Shown here: positions 11,010-18,784 of the stretch, piece after piece | How the letters are laid out: the number at the start of each line of letters is the position of its first letter | Numbering within the stretch: position 1 is the first letter of the stretch | Assembly: GCA_024704765.1 (NCBI GenBank) | Contig: JAKMXF010000070.1 | Coordinates: 18,959-37,742, forward strand | Length of the DNA: 18,784 nt | Direction of reading: 5' to 3' | DNA from: Oopsacas minuta | Lineage: Eukaryota; Animalia; Porifera | Translations under genes and position numbers: made by a program | Notes under the pieces: generated by a model | The model's input: the letters and a program-made list of their open reading frames with translations, nothing else | The model's database searches: none | What the model was told of the DNA's origin: nothing

Positions 11010-11168
11010 CTCTAATTAGAAATATTTGTTAGTAATAGAGAGAATGCTTTAGTACTTCAGTAAACATACATCAATATAGATTATGGGCCTATAAGGTTTC
11101 AATTATTCCACTATAGCTATGTATAATTGATTGTCAAACTATGGGACAGAACTTTTGCCGCACCCTTG
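11010..11168 (+). mobile_element. Terminal fragment of a maT-like element
   Basis: tgggacagaacttttgccgcacccttg + TA (11169-70) resembles the terminus tgggacagaacttatgggccaccctg at 846-871. Confidence 0.55.
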
Positions 11169-12174
11169 TATATTAGTGTGGGTTTATCTGTACTTTAGGA
11201 ATGACCTCAATACTTCTTTAAATATGAATTCTTGTTACTATTAAGCACTGGAATATTTTTAACATTTAGTCGTATATACTTATAACTTGTAAGTTATTAT
11301 GTTTATACTATGAATCCTGACAAGATGTTGCTCAGTATGAAACACAGATCCAAGGAGTTGATACAAGATCATTACTTCTAGTGGATAATGAATTAGGTTT
11401 GTTAAGCCGCTATTGAGGAAAGAAATAAGCTTTAGTTAATAAACGTAGATAAACCTCCACTAAATCCAAGTTCAGGAATCAGAGACCACAAGAATCCCTA
11501 TTTATTTTGTTGATGAACAAGTTCGAGTTGCTACTATTATAGTCCCAACGAGTTAAACAATTACTGAAGAATTTCATGACCACCACTGCCTATCAGAAGT
11601 CGCAAACGATATTGGGAGCAAAAGGTAAGCTTGTGCCAAGAGGACACGAACTAATGTACACTGGCTAGGCCCTCACAAAACTAAGCTAGCTTAGTTTGTA
11701 TTACAAAGGATGAAGGTGTATAATAATTCCACAATTGCACCACTAATTCCATCTTCTCTCTCAGTTAATGTTATGTGCGAGCGTGTTAGCATAATAAATT
11801 ATAGGTATTATTGATATTTATTTATCATATCGATGAATCGTTATATTATGGTATAATCCTGAATCTATGAACAGGGGGGCCGTATTCACTAAGCGTAGTT
11901 AAACCGTATTCACTAAGATTGGTATTCACTAAGATTTAAGCTCATACTTAAGTATGTACTTAAGTACAAAAGTTAAGTAAGCTACCGAGGTTGCGTAAGT
12001 TATTCAAGCACTATTTTAAGTTTCCAAATATTATATTTATCGATAACATTAATGTAATCACTTCATTCACTCGTTTTCTTTGATTAATTCATACTTTCAC
12101 TACAAAATTTGATTTTCTATGATGTTACAATATTACTAAATCGTATATCTAAAGCTACTGCTGTTGATCTTTTT

Positions 12175-12917
12175 CTAAAAGTCTTTGCTTTTTATGACGG
12201 TAAACTCCCTCTGCTTTTCAATCAGCTGTAGTTGAGCTGAGAATACTTCCATCTGCTTAAGGACCACTTCTCGTTGCAGAGGAAGTAAATCAGAGACCTT
12301 TGTTGACTGTTCGATGCTCCCGTTACGCCTACGCCTTCCCTCTGGACGACTATTAACTACAGTAACTCCTGGTCCCTCAAACACTGGCGTTACTTCACTG
12401 CTTTCGCTAATCTCGGTATGTGAAGGCAATGCTGTTGGGGCTTGAAACATATAAATACTACCACATGTTCCAGTGAACGCTGGCGTACTTGAGGACATCT
12501 GTGATACTCTCTCCGTCACAGATGTGGACAATTCCCTATCCGAGCTAAGGATCCGGATGCTTTCATCCTCCACTTCACCAGCTTCATTTGGCCCTCCTCC
12601 TGTCCTCCTCGCTTCCCTTCGACTGGAATCCACGTGGGCTTTTGCGAACCTTTTAGATTGTTCCGATTCTTTTATATCTTTCACATCTCGGTTGTTGCCA
12701 TGGATAGAATTGATTTTCTTCATAACGTTGTTCCAAAGCCTCGTATTTTTTAAATTTATTTCCGCGCACTGACCTGCAGTACTTCTCACTATATCTCCAG
12801 CATCCTGGATTGTCTCAATGAGTGTATTCTCTTCCTCCTTTGTCCAATTTACTTTGGACCTTTGTCCTTATTCTTGCTTTGGAATATCAATAACCTCCAC
12901 CAATTTATAGTTTTCAT
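12175..12917 (-). pseudogene. Harbinger Myb/SANT-like DNA-binding protein
   Basis: RSKVNWTKEEENTLIE...RLWNNVMKKINS...RDVKDIK...RRTGGGP and a C-terminal coiled-coil-like LQREVVLKQMEVF. A stop at 12868-12870 lies near the N-terminus; the frame is open from 12867 to 12175. Confidence 0.8.
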
Positions 12918-13098
12918 AATGCAATAACTAGCTCCCAATTCTAGTGCGATACTTGATGTTTCTCATAAGTAAATATCCCAACTTCAAAGATCAACATTCT
13001 GCTTAGAGGTTTCAAAACTACAATTTCCATGTAACCTTACAATCACTAACTGTGCGAAATGTTTATACATCTACATTACAACATATATCTATGTGAAT

Positions 13099-14139
13099 TT
13101 AGTTGCTGAAATTATGAATAGAAAATTGATTGCTGTAATGCTTTGATGCCAAATGCCCAACAGTTTCTTCAAAGTCAAGAACATCATCCGGATAAGAATC
13201 ATCGGAGACTTCATCCTCTAAAAGAGGTTGTTCCCACTGTATGCTATGTTATGCAATACTGCACAAGCAACTATGATGGAACAAATTTTATCTAGACTCA
13301 TCCTGAGCTCTCCATGAAGACAGTAGAATTTTCGTTTCCATCGCCCAAATGTCTGTTCAACAATTACCCTTGTCCTTTTATGTGCATAGTTGTGGTTAAT
13401 TTGAGGAGTGGTTATTGGTTGACGATAAGGAGTGAGTAAATATGGTCTCATCATGTAACCACGATCTCCTAATATATGCTACCCTATTGAAAAGGTATTT
13501 TTAACATGCATCCCAACTACTGAAACCTTCCAAATCCTTGAATCGTGAACAGACCCCGGAAAACGTACCAATACATCACAAAACATTCCATCTGGTTGGT
13601 AAATAGCTTGGACGTTAATTGAGTGGTAAAAATTCCGATTTATATAATCTGCTTCATCCTCAGAAGGTTTTTGGATTCGTATGTGTGTTCCATCAACTAA
13701 TCCAACTACTTCTGGAAAGTGAGCAATCTCATAAAACTTGTTTTTGATTTCTACCCTCTTGAGACCAGCAGGCAGACTATCAAACTGATGGTATACAGCT
13801 TGCAAACCCGAGAAACATCTCGGATATAACGAGAGGGAGAAGCTTGGCTTACCTTTATTCCATCTCCACAAATTATCTGGAACGTTCCAGAAGCGAAAAT
13901 TGAAGTGCCACATAAACTTGCAAGTGGGGGAAGCAGCATAAAACGCTTGGTGAAATTCAATTAGTTAGCTATCAACTCTGTAATTTTAGATATTGAAACT
14001 CTAGAGAAACGGAAACGTCGAACAAGTTCCATATCATCATAACAATCTAGAAGATCATTAAGATCCCTGAAAATCATTGACTTGCCATTGAGGAAGATAT
14101 TTCTTCTTGTGCGAGAAATAATGGAATCATCCATGCCAT
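13099..14139 (-). pseudogene. Harbinger DDE nuclease (HARBI1/DDE_Tnp_4-like) pseudogene
   Basis: FRDLNDLLDCYDDMELVRRFRFSRE, VVGLVDGTHIRI, YHSINVQAI, FPGSVHDSRIW, ILGDRGY..PYLLTP, RVIVEQTFGRWKRKF, CAVLHN. Several frameshifts. Confidence 0.92.
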
Positions 14140-14797
14140 TTGTTTATATTAGAATACTTGAATATTTATGTATTATACTTGGTCATAAATTGTATTTAGC
14201 TTAACATTCATTAGTACACCATGGAATGTATAATTCAGAATGATATTATTTAACATTACATACAAAGTAATGCATTACTTAGTAACACATGTTATATAAT
14301 AAGCGTTCGAGGTATTCCTTGTAACATTATTTATGAAGTATTTCATGAACATAACCACAATATTATAGTGAGATCATTTATAACATGAAAAGTTTGAAAA
14401 TATATTCCTGAATGATTAAAAGTAATTCTACAAAGCAATCCATCAGAAACTCACAAATTCATGAATATAAATGATACTAAAGTATCTACTTAACTAAGTA
14501 TGCTTAGTGAATGCGGCGGAAGATCTTTTTTTCCAAATCAGCACCTTCTTATATTGCTGTCTTCCATTTCCCCCGCCTCTCTTTTGTCTGAATTCATGCT
14601 TCAAACTGGATTAGCACTCAACAAATATCTCGTTTTTCTGAAATTAGGAAAAATAGAGCTTAGCAAATATAATCAGTAGAACTTGCTGGTTTTTCAGGAT
14701 ATTTTACTTTTAGTGCAAGTATTCAAAACTGTCTTTAGAAAATTAGGCATTAACCGAGTTTATTTTATGTTTTTAAAATCTTAATTTTCTTCCTATA

Positions 14798-16106
14798 CGA
14801 GGGGCACTCGAAAGGTTTTTCGTTTATATACTTATATAATAGGTATTACATATTATATGGTCACATTTTTTCAAAATACTCGTCCTGACACTCTATACAT
14901 CTTATCATTCGTTTAACCAGGTATCAAAGCACATTTTCCATTCTCCTTTAGGTTTCTCCCCAATTGCTAAGAAAAGTGCCCCGGTCAACTCTTCATTGCT
15001 GAAATATCTCCTCCCACGAAGTTGATCTTTCAGCTTTGGGGATAACCAAAAATCGCAAGGGGCTGGATCTGGGCAGTAGAGTTGGGTGGGGTAGCGTTCA
15101 GATCCTAGATATCTCTAAAAACTCACAAGTTCTTAGTGCTGTATGTGATGAAGCATTATCGTGGTGAAGCAGGATTCCTCGGACACCCGACTTCTCACGT
15201 TGTTTTCTGATAGCACTGAATACTTTGAGAAGACATATTGTGGTATACCAATCCGCGGTGACTGTCTTCCTATCCTCAAGTGCAATTCCTTCAACAAATT
15301 TACTACGTCTAAAGAAAATCGCCCGCATTTGCTTTCCGACTGATCTAATTCTTCGAACCTTTGTTGGAGGTAAACCACCTTCTTCGACCCACTCCTTAGA
15401 TCGTCTCTTCGTTTCTGGAACATAGTGGTTTGTCCATGTCTCATCGCCTGTGAGTATTTCAGAAACAGCTCTAGAAGTTCCATTAACAAATCTTTTAAGC
15501 ATAATTTTGCAAAAGTCCACTCGGCACTTTTTCTGATCAGACGACAAAGAATGCGGGATCCAACGAGCACATAACTTTCTAAGACCGAGCTCTTTATGTA
15601 AGATGACGTTTATACTCCCCGATGACAATTTGGTTTCCTGTTCTAACTGAGCGTAAGTAACATGAGGGTCTTTTGTTACTTCGTCCAACACCAGCTCTAC
15701 ATTTTGCACCGTTTGTATAATACTGGGCCTACCAGGACGGGGACCATCTTCAAGAATAAAATTTTTATGAATAAACTCTGAGTACCATCGCTCTACTGTT
15801 CTCAGACAAGAGCTGTATTTGGGAAGTGCTTCTGCAAAGTTTCGTGTATTTTCAGACTGGCTCTCCTCAAGTTTAAACAAAATTAAAATCATCGCTCTAA
15901 AATCGCGTCTTGTGAAGTCAGATTCTGGTTGAGGAATCATACAAGCCATAGCTTTTAGAAATCAAGCAATTCGAAAAGTACAAAAGATAAACTGATGAAA
16001 TTTGCTGTGTAGGTAAATAATATGCGTCTAAATATATATGAAATACTTTTATTAGAAAATACTTGTGGTTTAGTAACAAACGACAAAACTTTTCGAATGC
16101 CCTTCG
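14798..16106 (-). mobile_element. Full-length mariner element (1309 bp)
   Basis: TA(14796-97) cgaggggcactcgaaaggtttttcgt ... acaaaacttttcgaatgcccttcg TA(16107-08). Confidence 0.93.
14861..15949 (-). pseudogene. mariner DD34D transposase pseudogene
   Basis: 283 codons are open (RPGRP, LCARWIPHSL, ILTGDETW, LLHHDNASSH) up to a TGA at 15098. Then, after a frameshift, HP..YCPDPAPCDFWL...YFEKM*. Confidence 0.93.
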
Positions 16107-16788
16107 TAGTATTTTTGGCAGTATATCTCCCATCCTAATCGGGATTTGGCATCTAGGGAATTTCCTCCATTTGCTAAAAACTACTCCTTAATTAATATCG
16201 CAAAATCATACATAAGATCTAAACGTAACTTGTGGTTTTTAACTAGGGATTTGACAGCTGATGTAACGAATTGTTCTTGATTACTACTTAGTGCATTTAA
16301 TAAGTTCGTCTCAAAAACAATTTTGCTCTACATGTTAAAATATATTTGGCCTTTCATTTACTACTTTGTTATTCTGAATATTTATGACTATCTATGTTTC
16401 AACTCTTGTTCAGACTCTAGTTCGGTAAAATCTATCAATTCGTTTTTGGCATTAGCTAATTTGTCATACGCATTGAAACAATTTTCCAATAATCCATTAT
16501 CTGAATCAAGTTTGAAATCAAGAATCAATTAGCGATTTTTGATTTGATGGAGTCATAGCGTTGATTTGACATGACCTTAGGAAAGGCTCACGATTATTTT
16601 GACTCCTCGAATAATGTCACTCTGTTTTCCATAATATTTGGGGAAATACGTATGTAGTAATGCACGATTTGGGCGATTACATAAAGTTATCATCGGGAAA
16701 TCTTCATGATATTCAGAGGAAGCAGATTGATTTGGGAAAGGTTTATACTTGCCTACTCCTAAATATGATTATCTAGGAGCATCTAAAG

Positions 16789-16883
16789 TAAGGTGACCAT
16801 TGTACAGGATTTTGAGATTTTTTCTAAGATTTCCAGGATTTTGATTTGTACAGGATTTGTCCAGGATTTCGTTTCTTGTCCAG
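16789..16883 (+). repeat. hAT left TIR and subterminal repeats
   Basis: TIR is 10/11 identical to the reverse complement of 3156-3166. tgtacaggattttga at 16801-16815 is identical to 3130-3144. Confidence 0.8.
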
Positions 16884-17076
16884 CATGAGTATTTTGGGAA
16901 ATATTGGAGAAATTTCCTAGAAATATGTCAATTTTATGTCAATTATATTCTCATGGTACCCAGGAAATCTGTTGTGGGGGGAGTTGCCCAAGTAGTATTA
17001 ACCTAGGTATTATTTATCCATTTTGAAGTATCTTTTTATGTTTTATTCCAACTATTTCAGCTATTTATGCTTTATT

Positions 17077-17701
17077 ATGGCTTTGGATGAGCAAGACTAT
17101 CAATGTTTGGGAACTAGTAAGCGATTAAATGATAAGATAATCAATTCTTACTTGAACCTTGTGGAAGAAATTGACCCACAATTATTTAATGTTTCAATAC
17201 CTTTTTTTACTTCTCTTCAATCTCTCGGCCTTGATCATGTTACTTCATATAGCTGGGTAGATGGTTTGAAGTCTGCTGGATTATCATACCTTATTTTGCC
17301 GATCTTTTCTCAGAATCACTGGGCTATAGCTCTATTCTCGATCATATTTACTATCTTCCTCTTTTATGATCCTCTTTGGTATGTCCGCAAGTTTTAACAA
17401 GTTCAACACTATATTGATGGAATTTGTTGAAAAGGTATTTACCTATCCTTTCTCAGGTTTTACTCTTTGGTTTGAGCACATGCTGGTACAGAATAACATC
17501 TATAATTGTGGTGTTTTGATCTTACAGCTAGCAAAACGGTTTTCTTCTAACTTACATCGAGAATGTAATTATTTTGATATTGAGAATTCATCGGAATTTC
17601 TAAGAGGACAAATGCTCAGTGAATTAAAGACACGGACACTTGCTTTTACTGTGCTTTCTGATTCACAAGATTATATAGAACTTCCTATCGAACAATCATA
17701 A
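17077..17701 (+). pseudogene. Ulp1/SENP-family (peptidase C48) SUMO protease domain
   Basis: RLNDKIINSYLNL, ILPIFSQNHWAIA (His), FYDPL (Asp), VQNNIYNCGVLIL (oxyanion Gln and Cys). One extra T near 17376 splits it into the two listed ORFs. Confidence 0.88.
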
Positions 17702-17782
17702 GATTGTACGGAATTTCCTATCGAGCAATCACAAGATTATACGGAATTTCCTATCGAGCAATCACAAGATTATACAGAATTT
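17663..17782 (+). repeat. 33-bp coding tandem repeat (SQDYTEFPIEQ), ~3.6 copies
   Basis: Units start at 17663, 17696, 17729 and 17762. In unit 2 the CAA codon has become TAA. Confidence 0.95.
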
Positions 17783-17800
17783 TCTTTAGAAAAATATGAT

Positions 17801-18784
17801 ATGGTTCAATTAAACATAGGTGGTAAAAGGGCACACTGTACATTTAGCACAAGTTTACTGGTTAAGTATCCCTTTTTGGCCACCGTTGGTAATGGTAGAT
17901 TGAAGTTTAAGAAGCGCTTTGGAATTTTCCAGTTCAATATGAAGGAAACTAAGCAATATGGAGGCATATGAAATCTAAAAAACATATGGCTACTCTTAAT
18001 ACCAGTTCTCAGAGTCACACCCTAACAAAATTCTGTGACTATGGATCTAAAATTGGCAGCTAACGAAGCAACTTGGTCCTTTCACACAATAGAGTATAAT
18101 CAAACCTTTAGATCAATGGATTGTACTTCTCAGTTACTTCGTAATTATTTTAATCGGAATTTAATTGTGCTAGGACTAAATTTGGGGCTATTGTCAACAA
18201 TGTTCTTGCACCTTATTCTATTTCCCTTTGTTCTGTTGATTTAAAAGTCGCTAATTATATTTCTCTATATACAGATCAATCGAATCATGATGAAATTAAT
18301 TGTTTGCCAATTCTGGTACGATATTTTCTAAAAAGGTATGGAACTTGTGTAAGAATTATTGATTTCAAATCAATTCCTGCAGAAACATCCGGTGTATTAT
18401 GTGACACTTTTTGTGTACTATAAAACGGCATTGTATCGAATCCAAAATCATAGCCCTCTCTGCAGACAATACTAATACCAATTTTGGAGGTGTTCACAGA
18501 AAGGGTAAAAATAATCTACACTTTAGATTGAAAGATCAGCTGAATCAAAATATTTTAAGCATCGGCTGTTCTGTCCACATAGTTAACAACACAATACAAA
18601 CAGCAGTTGATGTTCTTCCTATTGAATTAGATGCTGTTATACAAAAAATCTATTCTTTCTTCTACATTTACACTATCCAAGTAGGATCATTGAAACAATT
18701 CTGTGATGAAGCTGATATAGAGTATAAAAAGCTCCTCGGATACAGTAAGACAAGGTGGCTATCTCTTCTACCTGCAATTGAAAG
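17801..18784 (+). pseudogene. hAT transposase, N-terminal and catalytic regions
   Basis: GKRAHCTFS..LLVKYPFL, degenerate BED-like finger (..RHMKSKKH), TFRSMDCTS, CARTK, SLYTDQSNH (first Asp), SADNTNTNFGG (second Asp), IGCSVHIVNN, YSKTRWLSLLPAIE. Several frameshifts and stops. Confidence 0.92.

Larger units (their letters stand above)
11875..14517 (-). mobile_element. PIF/Harbinger transposon with nuclease and Myb/SANT-like ORFs
   Basis: Terminus ggggccgtattcactaag at ~11876 and the inverted cttagtgaatgcggc at 14503-14517 enclose two characteristic ORFs. The outermost right bases are degenerate, so the 3-bp TSD is not verifiable. Confidence 0.88.
16789..18784 (+). mobile_element. hAT transposon, 5' arm, carrying a Ulp1 protease domain; continues beyond the window
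   Basis: Left terminus taaggtgacca is preceded by atctaaag and followed by CAGGATTT subterminal repeats, then Ulp1 and hAT transposase coding sequence. Confidence 0.85.

Noticed and set aside
11317-11343. Degenerate hammerhead or Penelope-end motif (ctgacaag...gaaac)
   Set aside because: The core deviates from CUGANGA and flanking stems are not evident.
12473-13960. ORFs 12473-12772 and 13751-13960
   Set aside because: Antisense or off-frame shadows of Harbinger genes.
15133-16532. ORFs 15133-15570, 15161-15343, 15225-15425, 15918-16133 and 16323-16532
   Set aside because: Overlap the mariner transposase or TIR in other frames, or are low-complexity AT-rich frames with no motifs.
16731-16788. 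GLYLPTPKYDYLGAS resembling the YqaJ nuclease GASPDG motif
   Set aside because: The catalytic PDG is absent and no other YqaJ motif is visible.
17077-17701. Ulp1 domain as a host SENP gene
   Set aside because: It lies inside hAT termini, is frameshifted, and is in frame with the transposase.
17663-17782. 33-bp repeats as a CRISPR array
   Set aside because: Units are contiguous with no spacers, are in-frame coding, and there are no cas genes in this eukaryotic context.
17806-18497. Minus-strand ORFs 17806-18018 and 18285-18497
   Set aside because: Antisense to the hAT transposase.

Overview
AT-rich eukaryotic (most likely invertebrate animal) DNA consisting almost entirely of decayed cut-and-paste DNA transposons around one intact host exon, the 3' terminal coding exon of dynein regulatory complex subunit 3 (DRC3/LRRC48, 5102-6053). 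Transposons recognised: two maT/DD37D elements, a Tc1 deletion derivative, two mariner DD34D copies plus a third mariner 5' end, two unassigned Tc1/mariner ends, a two-ORF PIF/Harbinger element, a Buster-type hAT remnant, and both arms of a hAT family with TAGGGTGACCA termini. The most striking observation is that this hAT element carries a Ulp1/SENP (peptidase C48) SUMO-protease domain with all catalytic residues. That domain is joined in frame to the transposase N-terminus through a 33-bp (11-aa) coding tandem repeat. Its 5' arm (window end) and 3' arm (just after the gap at 1911) have near-identical 8-bp flanks, so they may be one split insertion. Two diverged tandem arrays each flip orientation in the middle (foldback-like). 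Single Ns at 1911 and 11009 behave as assembly gaps joining unrelated sequence. All assignments are from manual reading and motif recall; no searches were run.
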